In this document: one piece after another, positions 1 to 11,335 of the stretch
Position numbering within the stretch: the stretch's first letter is position 1
Layout: every line of letters begins with the position of its first letter
Assembly (NCBI RefSeq): GCF_003334355.1
Contig: NZ_QOWP01000027.1
Length of the DNA stretch: 54,484 nt
Reading direction: 5' to 3' (one strand)
DNA from: Escherichia coli
GTDB lineage: Bacteria > Pseudomonadota > Gammaproteobacteria > Enterobacterales > Enterobacteriaceae
Made by a program: the position numbers and the translations under genes
Notes under the pieces: model-generated
What the model saw: the letters and a program-made list of their open reading frames with translations, nothing else
Told to the model about the DNA's origin: nothing
Database searches by the model: none

Positions 1-237
1 GAAGGTTGGGAAGATATAGAGGATTTTGGGGAAACACATCTCGATTTTTTGAAGCAATATGGTGATTTTGAAAATGGTATTCCTGTTCACGATACCATTG
101 CCAGAGTTGTATCCTGTATCAGTCCTGCAAAATTTCACGAGTGCTTTATTAACTGGATGCGTGACTGCCATTCATCAAATGACAAAGACGTCATCGCGAT
201 TGATGGAAAAGCACTTCCACACTCCTATGATAAAAGT
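1..237 (+). pseudogene. ISAs1-family (H-repeat-associated) transposase internal fragment, yafF-like remnant
   Basis: Frame +1 from the window edge reads ...[77 protein letters not shown], matching the middle of ISAs1-type transposases, then diverges and terminates; no N-terminus or C-terminal catalytic region present. Confidence 0.55.
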
Positions 238-302
238 GGTCGCAGGAGAGCGGGCTTTCGTAGTCTTCCCCGACTCTCCCCAGCCCTAAACACAACCCCC
301 AC

Positions 303-1073
303 TCACCGCAACCTAAACTCATCCGCATCCTGCCATGCCGGAAACTTTTCTCTATATTCCCGCAATGCCATCATCGACAGCTCCGCATCAATGCGCGTTG
401 CCTGATGCGCGTCGGCAGTAGCGATAATCTCGCCTTGTGGATTAATCACCCGGCTGTCACCGCGATAATGGCAGCCGTTGCCATCGCTGCCGACGCGATT
501 GCATCCCGCCACATACGCCTGATTCTCAATCGCGCGGGCCGTCAGCAATGCCTGCCAGTGCAGAGAGCGCGGAGCAGGCCAGTTGGCGACGTACAGGGCG
601 AGGTCATAATCGTTGAGATTGCGCGACCACACAGGAAAACGTAAGTCGTAGCACACCAGCGGCAAAATACGCCAGCCGCGCCATTCCACAATCACTCGCG
701 CATTGCCCGCTTTATAATGTAGATGCTCATCTGCCATGCGGAACAGATGACGCTTATCATAAAAATGTACCGTGCCGCCCGGCTCAACCAGCAAAAAGCG
801 GTTAACCGAACCAGACTCCGTTTGTAATGCAACACTGCCTGCAATCAGCGCATTGCACTGCTGCGCCTTAGCTGTCATCCAGTTCACTACGTCATCTTGT
901 GCTAGCGACGAAGCTGCCGCTTCCATGGCAAAGCCGCTGGTAAACATCTCCGGTAGAACGATCACATCGCGCCCGGTAATACCTTCCAGTTGACGATCAA
1001 AATGACGCAGGTTGGCAGGACCATCCATCCACACCAGTGGTTGCTGCAAAAGCGTAATCTTCAAACCAGGCAC
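303..1073 (-). CDS. yafV: C-N hydrolase (nitrilase superfamily) omega-amidase YafV
   Basis: 259-aa ORF with nitrilase-superfamily features (…LPEMFTSGF…, catalytic Cys context VCYDLRFP); probable GTG start at 1073, TTG at 1082 is the ORF-track start. Confidence 0.88.
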   Translation of the reverse strand: MPGLKITLLQQPLVWMDGPANLRHFDRQLEGITGRDVIVLPEMFTSGFAMEAAASSLAQDDVVNWMTAKAQQCNALIAGSVALQTESGSVNRFLLVEPGGTVHFYDKRHLFRMADEHLHYKAGNARVIVEWRGWRILPLVCYDLRFPVWSRNLNDYDLALYVANWPAPRSLHWQALLTARAIENQAYVAGCNRVGSDGNGCHYRGDSRVINPQGEIIATADAHQATRIDAELSMMALREYREKFPAWQDADEFRLR

Positions 1074-1226
1074 GGTGTACAACTCCTTTATGCGAAGGGT
1101 TTTATAACTTTAACACCTTATCAGGCAGTTGCCTTAGCGCAGAATAAATTGATAACAAATGCTGATATTGGAAATATCTGATTTGCAAATTATCGTGTTA
1201 TCGCCAGGCTTTAGGAGGTTAATAAC

Positions 1227-1700
1227 ATGGGCAGGATAAGCTCGGGAGGAATGATGTTTAAGGCAATAACGACAGTCGCCGCTCTGGTCATCGCCACCAG
1301 TGCAATGGCGCAGGATGATTTAACCATTAGCAGCCTTGCAAAGGGCGAAACCACCAAAGCTGCATTTAATCAGATGGTACAAGGGCATAAGCTGCCTGCC
1401 TGGGTGATGAAAGGCGGTACTTATACTCCCGCACAAACCGTAACGTTGGGAGATGAGACGTATCAGGTGATGAGCGCGTGCAAACCGCATGACTGTGGCT
1501 CGCAACGTATCGCTGTGATGTGGTCCGAGAAATCTAATCAGATGACGGGGCTGTTCTCGACTATTGATGAGAAAACGTCGCAAGAGAAACTCACCTGGCT
1601 GAATGTGAACGATGCGCTTTCGATTGATGGTAAAACGGTGTTGTTCGCGGCGTTGACCGGCAGCCTGGAAAACCATCCGGATGGCTTTAATTTTAAATAA
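1227..1700 (+). CDS. ivy: Inhibitor of vertebrate lysozyme (periplasmic)
   Basis: 157-aa ORF with signal peptide (…ALVIATSAMAQDD) and CKPHDCG loop motif typical of Ivy; ATG at 1227 preceded by AGGAGG. Confidence 0.9.
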   Translation: MGRISSGGMMFKAITTVAALVIATSAMAQDDLTISSLAKGETTKAAFNQMVQGHKLPAWVMKGGTYTPAQTVTLGDETYQVMSACKPHDCGSQRIAVMWSEKSNQMTGLFSTIDEKTSQEKLTWLNVNDALSIDGKTVLFAALTGSLENHPDGFNFK

Positions 1701-1742
1701 TTAGCGGATAAAGAAACGGAGCCTTTCGGCTCCGTTATTCAT

Positions 1743-4187
1743 TTACGCGGCTTCAACTTTCCGCACTTTCTCCGGCAACTTTACCGGCTTCGTCGCCAGC
1801 TCTTCCGGATCAAAGTCATCAACGTTAATACTGCGCAGACGGCTTTCTTCAGCTTTCACCAGAATAGCGGCTTCATCTTTATCAATCAGCCCCTTCACCA
1901 GCGCGTTGTGCGCCAGTTCATCCAGACGGGTAAACGGCAGGTTTTTACCCAGCTCTTTACAGATCCGCTGATGAATTGGGTCGGCGGCAATCACATCCAC
2001 CAGCGCCTCTTCCAGCAAGCCAACCGGATTATGCTCGCTCGGCGTCAGGTACTGACCGCGACCAATGCGGGAACGGGTGGCGTTCGGCACTTGTAAAATC
2101 TTCGCCACTTTATGATCCAGCTTGTCAGAAGGTGCCAGATAATGACGTCCGGTCGGGAAGATCACCACATTCAGCAGCCCGGCAACCACGCGGTTCGGGA
2201 AGTTTTGCAGTAAATCATCCATCGCCTGTTCAGCCTGATACAGCGCATCTTGTACGCCCCAGTGCACCAGCGGCAGGTCGGCTTCATTACGGCCTTCGTC
2301 GTCATAACGCTTCAGCACGGCAGAGGCGAGGTAGAGCTGGCTTAAAATATCCCCCAGACGGGCCGAGATGCGCTCGCGACGTTTCAGGCTGCCGCCCAGC
2401 ACAGCCATCGAGACATCAGAAAGCAGGGCGAGGTTGGCGCTCAGGCGGTTCAGGTGCTGATAGTAGCGTTTAGTGGCATCGCCGGTTGGCGTGCTGCTGG
2501 TTAAACCGCGCGTCAGGCCCAGCCAGAAGCTGCGAACTTTGTTGCTACCGACGTGACCGATATGTTTGAACAACAGTTTATCGAACGCGTTGACGTCATT
2601 GTTCTTCGCCGCTTCCATCTCTTCCAGCACGTACGGATGGCAACGAATCGCTCCTTGTCCGAAGATCATCATGCTGCGGGTCAGAATGTTAGCCCCTTCA
2701 ACGGTGATGGCAATCGGTGCGCCCTGGTAAGCACGCGCCAGGAAGTTGCTTTGCCCGAGCATAATGCCTTTACCGCCGGTAATATCCATCGCATCAATAA
2801 TCGACTGCTGCCCGCGGTGGGTACAGTGATACTTAACGATAGCCGACAGCACGGCAGGTTTTTCGCCGAGCATAATGCCGTAGGTAATCAGCGATGCCGC
2901 AGCATCCATCACGTAGGCATTACCGGCAATACGCGCCAGCGGCTCTTCAATCCCTTCCATCTTACCAATAGAGATTTTGAACTGACGGCGAATGTGAGCA
3001 TACGCGCCGGTTGCCAGCGCTACCGATTTCACGCCGCCGGTTGAGTTGGAAGGCAGGGTGATGCCGCGGCCTACCGAGAGGCACTCCACCAGCATCCGCC
3101 AGCCTTGCCCGGCCATTTTCGGCCCGCCGATGATGTAATCGATCGGCACGAAGACATCTTTACCGCGCGTCGGTCCGTTCTGGAACGGTACGTTCAGCGG
3201 GAAGTGGCGACGACCAATTTCCACGCCCGGCGTGGTGGTTGGGATCAGCGCACAGGTAATGCCTAAATCTTCTGCACCGCCGAGTAATTTTTCCGGGTCG
3301 GAGAGTTTAAACGCCAGCCCAAGCACGGTCGCAATCGGTGCCAGCGTAATGTAGCGTTTGTTCCAGGTCAGACGCATCCCCAGCACCTGCTGGCCCTGCC
3401 ATTCGCCCATGCAGACAATCCCGGTGTCCGGAATCGCGCCCGCATCGGAACCCGCTTCCGGGCTGGTCAGTGCAAAGCAGGGGATCTCCTGACCACGCGC
3501 CAGACGCGGCAGATAGTGATCTTTCTGCTCGTCAGTGCCGTAATGTTGCAACAGTTCGCCCGGGCCTAATGAGTTCGGCACGCCGACGGTAATCGCCAGG
3601 ATCCCGCTCACGCCGGAGAGTTTTTGCAGCACGCGAGACTGGGCATAAGCTGAGAACTCCAGTCCGCCGTACTCTTTTTTGATAATCATCGCGAAGAAGC
3701 GATGCTCTTTAAGGTACGCCCACAACTCCGGCGGCAGATCCGCCAGCTCATGAGTAATCTGGAAATCATTCGCCATCCGGCAGGCTTCTTCTACCGGGCC
3801 GTCGAGAAACGCTTGCTCTTCGGCGGTCAGGCGCGGCTGCGGATAGTTATGCAGCTTTTTCCAGTCCGGCTTGCCCTGGAACAAGTCGCCCTCCCACCAG
3901 GTGGTGCCCGCATTAATCGCTTCTTTCTCAGTGCGCGACATCGGCGGCATCACCTTACGGAAACCGCGAAATACCGGCGCGGAAATCATCGACTTACGCA
4001 TAGGCGCAAAGTTAAATGGCACGAGGATAATGGCCAGAGGCACCAGTACCCACGCCGACCACAGACCAGCAACGCCGAGGGCGGCTGTCCAGGCGAGCAA
4101 AATCAGACTGCTGATAAATAAGCTCACGCGGTGATAGAACAACGCGCCGAGCAGGACAACCGTAGCGAGAATACTCAAAATCATCAT
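1743..4187 (-). CDS. fadE: Acyl-CoA dehydrogenase FadE
   Basis: Long ORF (track 840 aa); N-terminal membrane segment [17 protein letters not shown]… then acyl-CoA dehydrogenase domains; start placed at internal ATG (4185-4187) giving 814 aa. Confidence 0.9.
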   Translation of the reverse strand: MMILSILATVVLLGALFYHRVSLFISSLILLAWTAALGVAGLWSAWVLVPLAIILVPFNFAPMRKSMISAPVFRGFRKVMPPMSRTEKEAINAGTTWWEGDLFQGKPDWKKLHNYPQPRLTAEEQAFLDGPVEEACRMANDFQITHELADLPPELWAYLKEHRFFAMIIKKEYGGLEFSAYAQSRVLQKLSGVSGILAITVGVPNSLGPGELLQHYGTDEQKDHYLPRLARGQEIPCFALTSPEAGSDAGAIPDTGIVCMGEWQGQQVLGMRLTWNKRYITLAPIATVLGLAFKLSDPEKLLGGAEDLGITCALIPTTTPGVEIGRRHFPLNVPFQNGPTRGKDVFVPIDYIIGGPKMAGQGWRMLVECLSVGRGITLPSNSTGGVKSVALATGAYAHIRRQFKISIGKMEGIEEPLARIAGNAYVMDAAASLITYGIMLGEKPAVLSAIVKYHCTHRGQQSIIDAMDITGGKGIMLGQSNFLARAYQGAPIAITVEGANILTRSMMIFGQGAIRCHPYVLEEMEAAKNNDVNAFDKLLFKHIGHVGSNKVRSFWLGLTRGLTSSTPTGDATKRYYQHLNRLSANLALLSDVSMAVLGGSLKRRERISARLGDILSQLYLASAVLKRYDDEGRNEADLPLVHWGVQDALYQAEQAMDDLLQNFPNRVVAGLLNVVIFPTGRHYLAPSDKLDHKVAKILQVPNATRSRIGRGQYLTPSEHNPVGLLEEALVDVIAADPIHQRICKELGKNLPFTRLDELAHNALVKGLIDKDEAAILVKAEESRLRSINVDDFDPEELATKPVKLPEKVRKVEAA

Positions 4188-4426
4188 AACGAAAAGCCCC
4201 TTACTTGTAGGAGGTCTGACCACTTGTGATGATATGGTTGTAGTGGATGTAAAAACATTTAGCAATGTGTTTACAATATAATTACAACAAAGCTCACATT
4301 GTTGCTGTTTTTATCCGCACTTCAGGTCAAAAAGTCCTGGTCATAGCACCTGCCCGTACTTCTCGCTTTTGGCGGTATCCGGTACACTGCATTTTGTCTA
4401 TTACATTTATGCTGAAGGATATCCTC

Positions 4427-5005
4427 ATGTACCAGGATCTTATTCGTAACGAACTGAACGAAGCGGCGGAAACGCTGGCTAACTTTTTAAAAGATGACGC
4501 CAATATTCACGCCATTCAGCGCGCGGCGGTCCTGTTAGCAGACAGCTTTAAAGCCGGTGGCAAAGTGCTTTCCTGCGGCAACGGCGGTTCCCATTGCGAC
4601 GCTATGCACTTTGCCGAAGAGTTGACCGGTCGCTACCGTGAAAACCGTCCGGGCTACCCGGCGATTGCTATTTCTGACGTTAGTCATATTTCCTGCGTCG
4701 GTAATGATTTCGGTTTCAATGATATTTTCTCCCGCTACGTTGAAGCGGTAGGTCGCGAAGGCGATGTACTGCTGGGGATCTCCACCTCCGGTAACTCTGC
4801 AAACGTGATCAAAGCGATCGCAGCGGCGCGTGAGAAGGGGATGAAAGTGATCACCCTGACCGGTAAAGACGGCGGCAAAATGGCTGGCACGGCGGATATC
4901 GAAATTCGCGTACCGCACTTTGGTTATGCCGACCGCATTCAGGAGATTCACATTAAAGTGATCCATATCCTGATCCAGTTAATTGAAAAAGAGATGGTTA
5001 AGTAA
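4427..5005 (+). CDS. gmhA: Sedoheptulose-7-phosphate isomerase (SIS domain)
   Basis: 192 aa from ATG at 4427 ([17 protein letters not shown]…), SIS-domain motifs ([28 protein letters not shown]); upstream part of the track ORF is non-coding leader. Confidence 0.92.
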
Positions 5006-5011
5006 GTCTGG

Positions 5012-5147
<136 letters not shown>

Positions 5148-5210
5148 CTGAAAATTCTTAAATCAATCTTCGCCGGGGGCCATGCGCTCCCGCTGTTGTG
5201 GAGGTTACCC

Positions 5211-5978
5211 ATGTGCGAATTGCTCGGGATGAGCGCCAACGTCCCTACCGATATCTGCTTTAGTTTCACCGGACTTGTACAGCGTGGTGGTGGAACCGGG
5301 CCACATAAAGATGGCTGGGGCATTACCTTTTACGAAGGTAAAGGCTGTCGCACATTTAAAGATCCACAACCCAGCTTTAATTCCCCCATCGCCAAACTTG
5401 TCCAGGACTACCCGATAAAATCCTGTTCGGTGGTGGCTCATATTCGCCAGGCTAATCGGGGCGAGGTGGCGCTGGAAAATACTCACCCATTTACCCGCGA
5501 GTTATGGGGGCGTAACTGGACTTATGCCCATAACGGACAACTGACGGGCTACAAATTACTGGAAACCGGCAACTTCCGCCCGGTAGGCGAAACCGACAGC
5601 GAAAAAGCCTTCTGCTGGCTGCTGCATAAATTAACGCAGCGTTACCCGCGTACACCGGGCAACATGGCGGCAGTGTTTAAATATATCGCCTCACTGGCGG
5701 ATGAACTGCGGCAGAAGGGCGTTTTCAATATGCTGCTTTCTGACGGGCGCTATGTAATGGCGTATTGCTCGACTAATTTACACTGGATCACCCGCCGCGC
5801 GCCGTTTGGCGTGGCAACGTTGCTGGATCAGGATGTGGAAATCGACTTCAGCTCGCAGACCACACCGAATGATGTGGTCACGGTGATTGCAACACAGCCG
5901 CTGACGGGCAATGAAACCTGGCAAAAGATTATGCCAGGCGAATGGCGCTTATTTTGCCTCGGGGAGCGTGTAGTTTGA
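5211..5978 (+). CDS. yafJ: Class II glutamine amidotransferase-like protein YafJ
   Basis: Start at ATG 5211 ([14 protein letters not shown]…; N-terminal Cys nucleophile typical of Ntn/class-II GATase), GGAGG RBS at 5198-5202. Confidence 0.88.
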   Translation: MCELLGMSANVPTDICFSFTGLVQRGGGTGPHKDGWGITFYEGKGCRTFKDPQPSFNSPIAKLVQDYPIKSCSVVAHIRQANRGEVALENTHPFTRELWGRNWTYAHNGQLTGYKLLETGNFRPVGETDSEKAFCWLLHKLTQRYPRTPGNMAAVFKYIASLADELRQKGVFNMLLSDGRYVMAYCSTNLHWITRRAPFGVATLLDQDVEIDFSSQTTPNDVVTVIATQPLTGNETWQKIMPGEWRLFCLGERVV

Positions 5979-6689
5979 TGCCAGTTGTGGCTGCACAACT
6001 TCGTGGCTTAACGGCTTGCTGACCACGTAACGACCATTGACCACAGAAACGGTCGGTGGCTTACGGGTTTGCTCAAAGTAGTCGTAACCCGGCTTCAGTT
6101 GCTCCCAGAAGTCCTTAAAGTTGGAATATTTATGGCGCTTCATATTGGCGTCGGTCATGCGGAACGGGTAAATACTCACTTGCACGCTCGGCTGACCAAA
6201 CACCAGCGCACCAGTAACGAACTGGAAGATCTCATCAATACCCTGATTGGTCATTGCGTAGCAGCCGATGGAAACACAATCGCCGTGGATCATCAGGTAT
6301 TTCCCTTCATAACCATGCGCACGGTCATAGGCATTGGGGAAACCAATATTAATCGCTTTGTAGTAACGGCTGTCTGGTTTTAACTGATTACGCTGGACGC
6401 TATAAAACCCTTCCGGGCTTTTGAAATCGCCCTGACGCTGTTTTGGCCCTAAGCCGCCGGAATATTTACAGATTTTATAGCTGTCGAGCAGTTGATATTG
6501 CTCGCCCATTTTGACGTAGAGATCGAGCGTACGTTCTTCCTTGAAGATCTGGATGTAGACAGGGGATCCCATCAACTGCTGCTTATACTCTTTGCTCACT
6601 GGCGTGGTCGAGCTACTGCTGCCCAGCAAACCGGCAAACGAAACGCACGGGATCAACAACATCGCAAGAATTAATGCGATTTTACGCAT
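5949..6689 (-). CDS. yafK: L,D-transpeptidase-family periplasmic protein YafK
   Basis: 246-aa ORF with signal peptide and YkuD-like catalytic region (…[15 protein letters not shown]…); ATG at 6689. Confidence 0.88.
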   Translation of the reverse strand: MRKIALILAMLLIPCVSFAGLLGSSSSTTPVSKEYKQQLMGSPVYIQIFKEERTLDLYVKMGEQYQLLDSYKICKYSGGLGPKQRQGDFKSPEGFYSVQRNQLKPDSRYYKAINIGFPNAYDRAHGYEGKYLMIHGDCVSIGCYAMTNQGIDEIFQFVTGALVFGQPSVQVSIYPFRMTDANMKRHKYSNFKDFWEQLKPGYDYFEQTRKPPTVSVVNGRYVVSKPLSHEVVQPQLASNYTLPEAK

Positions 6690-6844
6690 ACTGCTTATTC
6701 CTTGATAAAACGGTTACACACGCCAGGACGGCAAAATAGATCCCAAATCGGAATAGTCTGGATTTGGAAGGCTCACATTATCACCAAAAGAGTTTTACGC
6801 AAGCCTGTCGGCGCAGGGTTTACAAATTTCATCGGCAGCGTGCT

Positions 6845-7123
6845 TTACCCAAAGAGCGCCGCGTGAGTTCCAGTTCTCTCAAATCGTAAAAGTTTATCGG
6901 TAAGTTTGTAAATCAGGATCCAGTCCGGTTCGACATGAGCATCGCGATAACCTTTCCATGAACCTTGCAGCGGGTGGTCTTTATAAACAGCTGGAAGCGG
7001 TAAAGCATTATTGATAAGAAGCGTCATAAGATATTTCAATTTATTCATATCCTTATGACGCTTTTGTGCAAGTTTTACATCCTTTGAAAATTGTCCCGAG
7101 TATTCAATATCCCTTTGAATCAT
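6845..7123 (-). CDS. yafQ: Type II toxin YafQ (RelE/ParE-fold mRNA interferase)
   Basis: 92-aa ORF directly downstream of dinJ with 2-nt gap; sequence MIQRDIEYSGQFSKDVKLAQKRHKDMNKL… typical of YafQ. Confidence 0.9.
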   Translation of the reverse strand: MIQRDIEYSGQFSKDVKLAQKRHKDMNKLKYLMTLLINNALPLPAVYKDHPLQGSWKGYRDAHVEPDWILIYKLTDKLLRFERTGTHAALFG

Positions 7124-7125
7124 AT

Positions 7126-7386
7126 TTAAATTCCTAATTTATCAAATAAATCATCGGCGTCTTTGGCCTTATGAACATCAACGCCAGCTTCGCTGTTTTT
7201 GATTGATTGAATGGTTAATTGATTAGGCTCGCGTAAATCAAACGGCAATGCCTTTTCACGCGCGACCTTTGTGAGGGTTATGCGAACCAGGTCAGAGATG
7301 GTCAGCCCCATCCCGGCCAGTACGTCCGCCGCCTGATTCTTCAGATCTTCATCGATTCGGGCGCGAACAAACGCGTTAGCAGCCAT
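7126..7386 (-). CDS. dinJ: Antitoxin DinJ
   Basis: 86-aa RHH-type antitoxin (MAANAFVRARIDEDLKNQAADVL…), ATG at 7386, LexA-box-like sequence upstream. Confidence 0.9.
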   Translation of the reverse strand: MAANAFVRARIDEDLKNQAADVLAGMGLTISDLVRITLTKVAREKALPFDLREPNQLTIQSIKNSEAGVDVHKAKDADDLFDKLGI

Positions 7387-7401
7387 TGGGGGATCTCCTG
7401 T

Positions 7402-7419
7402 GCTGTATATTTATTCAGC
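7402..7419 (-). promoter_or_regulatory. Putative LexA (SOS) box upstream of dinJ-yafQ
   Basis: gctgtatatttattcagc on + strand; reverse complement reads CTGaataaatatACAG, close to LexA consensus CTGT-N8-ACAG. Confidence 0.55.
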
Positions 7420-7595
7420 TTGAATTGTAGCTCAAATGAGCAACAGCGACAATCCATGAGTAATTTAATAAACGGATGTTTTTACATAATTAACTGAAAT
7501 ATATTTATTAATTTTATAATAATGGTTTATTAAGTTTGTTCAGGTACGGGCCGGGATACACTGTAACATCAATGCATGACCAGCCATTATTGAGA

Positions 7596-8434
<839 letters not shown>

Positions 8435-8520
8435 CGTTTTTGCGAGCCGCTTTCCTGTTATTCCATCACCTCATTGCCGACCTTTCCTTTTCTTCTTACC
8501 GTTGAGAAAAAGGAGTCGCC

Positions 8521-9018
8521 ATGTCTGAATATCGTCGTTATTACATCAAGGGGGGAACCTGGTTTTTCACGGTGAATTTACGCCATCGTCGAAGCCAACT
8601 CTTGACCACCCAGTACCAGATGCTCCGTAACGCCATTATTAAAGTTAAGCGAGACAGGCCTTTTGAAATCAACGCCTGGGTCGTTTTGCCAGAGCATATG
8701 CATTGCATATGGACATTACCTGAAGGCGATGATGATTTTTCCTCTCGCTGGCGGGAAATTAAAAAGCAATTTACCCATGCTTGTGGATTGAAAAATATCT
8801 GGCAACCACGTTTTTGGGAGCACACCATCCGCAATACCAAAGATTATAGGCATCATGTTGATTATATTTATATAAATCCAGTAAAGCATGGTTGGGTAAA
8901 GCAAGTGAGTGATTGGCCATTCTCAACGTTCCATCGCGATGTCGCGCGAGGGTTATATCCCATCGATTGGGCGGGGGACGTAACGGATATAAATGCTGGC
9001 GAGCGTATCATTTTATAA
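8521..9018 (+). CDS. yafM: REP-associated tyrosine transposase (RAYT, IS200/IS605-like HUH)
   Basis: 165-aa ORF, HUH motif (…LPEHMHCIWTLP…) and C-terminal Tyr region (DYIYINPVKHGW); flanked on both sides by REP clusters; AGGAG RBS. Confidence 0.85.
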   Translation: MSEYRRYYIKGGTWFFTVNLRHRRSQLLTTQYQMLRNAIIKVKRDRPFEINAWVVLPEHMHCIWTLPEGDDDFSSRWREIKKQFTHACGLKNIWQPRFWEHTIRNTKDYRHHVDYIYINPVKHGWVKQVSDWPFSTFHRDVARGLYPIDWAGDVTDINAGERIIL

Positions 9019-9020
9019 TT

Positions 9021-9226
9021 ATGCGCAGATGCCTGATGCGACGCTGGCGCGTCTTATCATGCCTACAAACCTGTGCCGGATCGGTAGGCCGGATAAGGCG
9101 TTTATGCCGCATCCGGCAGTTATGCGCAGATGCCTGATGCGACGCTGGCGCGTCTTATCATGCCTACAAACTTGTGCCTGAACGGTAGGACGGATAAGGC
9201 GTTCACGCCGCATCCGGCAGTTGTGC
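9021..9226. repeat. BIME (about 4 REP units)
   Basis: Alternating REP palindromes (gcctgatgcgacgctggcgcgtcttatcatgcctaca / ggtaggccggataaggcgtttatgccgcatccggca) repeated twice between yafM and lfhA. Confidence 0.85.
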
Positions 9227-9241
9227 ACCAATGCTGGATAC

Positions 9242-11335
9242 TTACATCAACGCCCCCATAATCTTCAACTCCAGCTCATCCGGCACTTCGTTATACGACA
9301 GCACATGCAGCCCCGGCGCAAACAACCTTGCATAACGCGCCAGCAAAGGGCGCAGCTGCGGTGGCACCAGCAGCACCGGGTCTTTCCCCGCCGCTTTCAT
9401 CTGCTCTTTCACCTGTGGCATCGTACTCTGGAACTGGTTGAGCATATTCGGATCGACCGGCACGCTGTCGAGCATCACTTTCCCGCCCTGTTGCGCCTGA
9501 TTCACCACGTTGGTCAGCAGATTTTCCAGCTCATTATTCAGCGTATACACCGTCAGCTCCTGCTTGCGAACGAACGGATGGGTAATGCTTCGCCGCAGCG
9601 CCAGGCGCACATCAGCTGCCAGCAGAATATGATCTTTGGTCACCGCGCTACTGGCGACCAGCACGGTGGCGATGGTGACGATATCGCGCAGGGAAACGCC
9701 TTCGGTCAGCAGCGCCCGGTACACTTTCAGCAACTGGCTGTAATTGAGCGCCGCGCTTAAATCTTCCGCCAGGCGCGGTGCCATCGACGCCAAACGGTTA
9801 TGCAACTGCGTAATATCATCATAGTTAAACAAATCAGGAATATAGCTGCGCACAATCTTGTTCACATGGGTAGCAATCACGCTGGCGCTGTCGATCACCT
9901 GATACCCCATATTCAGCGCCTTCGCCTTCTGCGCAGGCTGGATCCAGGTGACCGGCATCCCATACGCCGGGTCGTTCCCCAGCACGCCGTCAATCTCGCC
10001 GTAGGTTTCGCTGGAGGGCAGGGCCATCAGTTTATCCGCCGGAATATCCGCTTCATCAGCCTTAATGCCGTTGATGAAAATAGCGTACTGGCTGGGCTTA
10101 AGGCGGAAGTTTTCCCGAATGCGGATCTCCGGCAGCAGCACGCCGTTGCCGTCAGAAATCACCTGTCGCACGCCGCGAATACGCTGGGTGAGCGGGTTGC
10201 CCTGGGCTTTGTCCACCAGCGCCACCAGCTTGTAGCCGAGGCTTAAGCTGATGGGCTCGATCAGCGGAATGGTTTCCCAACTGACCTGTTGCTCGCTGGT
10301 TTCGGTGATGGTGCGGGTCAGCGTTTCGAGACTTTTCTCTTCCGCTTCCGCCGCCTGCGGGCGTTTGCTCATCCGCCAGCCGGTAAAGCCAAGCAGGGCG
10401 CTGAACAGCAAAAACGGCAGATGCGGCATTCCCGGCACCACCGCCAGCACAAACATAATCCCGGTAGCGGTGTAGAGCACCGACGGGCTTGCCAGCAGCT
10501 GGTGGCGCACGTCATGGGCGATATCGCCGTTGTCGCTGACGCGGGTGACGATAATCGCCGCCGCCGTGGAGAGCAGCAGGGAAGGGATCTGCGCCACCAG
10601 GCCGTCGCCGATGGTCATCAGCACATACTGCTGGAAGGCAGCATCGGCGCTCAGGTTGTATTTGAAGATCCCGATACAGACGCCGCCGATCAGGTTGATC
10701 GCCAGAATCATCATCCCGGCGATGGCGTCCCCGCGCACAAACTTCGATGCCCCGTCCATCGCGCCGTAGAAATCGGCCTCGCTGGCAACATCTTTACGCC
10801 GGGTTTGCGCCTGCGCCTGGTTGATCAATCCGGCGTTAAGATCGGCGTCAATCGCCATCTGTTTGCCGGGCATCGCGTCTAAGGTAAAGCGGGCAGAAAC
10901 CTCGGAAATACGCTCGGCCCCTTTGGTGACGACAATAAAGTTGATGATCATCAGGATGATAAACACCACGAAGCCGACGACAAAGTTGCCGCCGATCACC
11001 ACCTGACCAAACGACTCAATCACCTTACCCGCCGCGCCCGCGCCGAGATGCCCGTGCAGCAGCACCACGCGCGTAGAAGCAACGTTAAGCGTCAGGCGCA
11101 TTAAGGTGGTGATCAGCAAAATGGTCGGGAACAGGCTGAATTCCAGCGGCCTTTTCGCCGACACCGCCACCAGCAGCACCATCACCGCCAGCACAATGTT
11201 GAAGGTGAACAGAATATCCAGCAACGCAGGCGGCAGCGGCAAAATAACCATCGCCAGAATACAAAGTATCACCAGCGGCACGCCGAGATTGCCGCCGCGC
11301 AGCAGCGCGAGGAACGATTTAGTTGTTTTCGCCAT
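9242..11335 (-). CDS. lfhA: Flagellar type III export gate protein, FlhA homologue (lateral/Flag-2)
   Basis: 697 aa; N-terminal TM region with FlhA signature (…LPLPPALLDILFTFNIVLAVMVLLVA…FPTILLITTLMRLTLNVASTRVVL) and large cytoplasmic domain; ATG at 11335. Confidence 0.93.
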   Translation of the reverse strand: MAKTTKSFLALLRGGNLGVPLVILCILAMVILPLPPALLDILFTFNIVLAVMVLLVAVSAKRPLEFSLFPTILLITTLMRLTLNVASTRVVLLHGHLGAGAAGKVIESFGQVVIGGNFVVGFVVFIILMIINFIVVTKGAERISEVSARFTLDAMPGKQMAIDADLNAGLINQAQAQTRRKDVASEADFYGAMDGASKFVRGDAIAGMMILAINLIGGVCIGIFKYNLSADAAFQQYVLMTIGDGLVAQIPSLLLSTAAAIIVTRVSDNGDIAHDVRHQLLASPSVLYTATGIMFVLAVVPGMPHLPFLLFSALLGFTGWRMSKRPQAAEAEEKSLETLTRTITETSEQQVSWETIPLIEPISLSLGYKLVALVDKAQGNPLTQRIRGVRQVISDGNGVLLPEIRIRENFRLKPSQYAIFINGIKADEADIPADKLMALPSSETYGEIDGVLGNDPAYGMPVTWIQPAQKAKALNMGYQVIDSASVIATHVNKIVRSYIPDLFNYDDITQLHNRLASMAPRLAEDLSAALNYSQLLKVYRALLTEGVSLRDIVTIATVLVASSAVTKDHILLAADVRLALRRSITHPFVRKQELTVYTLNNELENLLTNVVNQAQQGGKVMLDSVPVDPNMLNQFQSTMPQVKEQMKAAGKDPVLLVPPQLRPLLARYARLFAPGLHVLSYNEVPDELELKIMGALM

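Noticed and set aside
8913-9231. Short ORFs inside the BIME after yafM (8913-9137, 8993-9181, 9019-9231) and similar REP-spanning ORFs elsewhere (22653-22856, 34735-35022, 40676-40924)
   Set aside because: These are translations of REP palindromes (recurrent RLIRPT / MRRWRVLS peptides) and are repeat artefacts, not genes.
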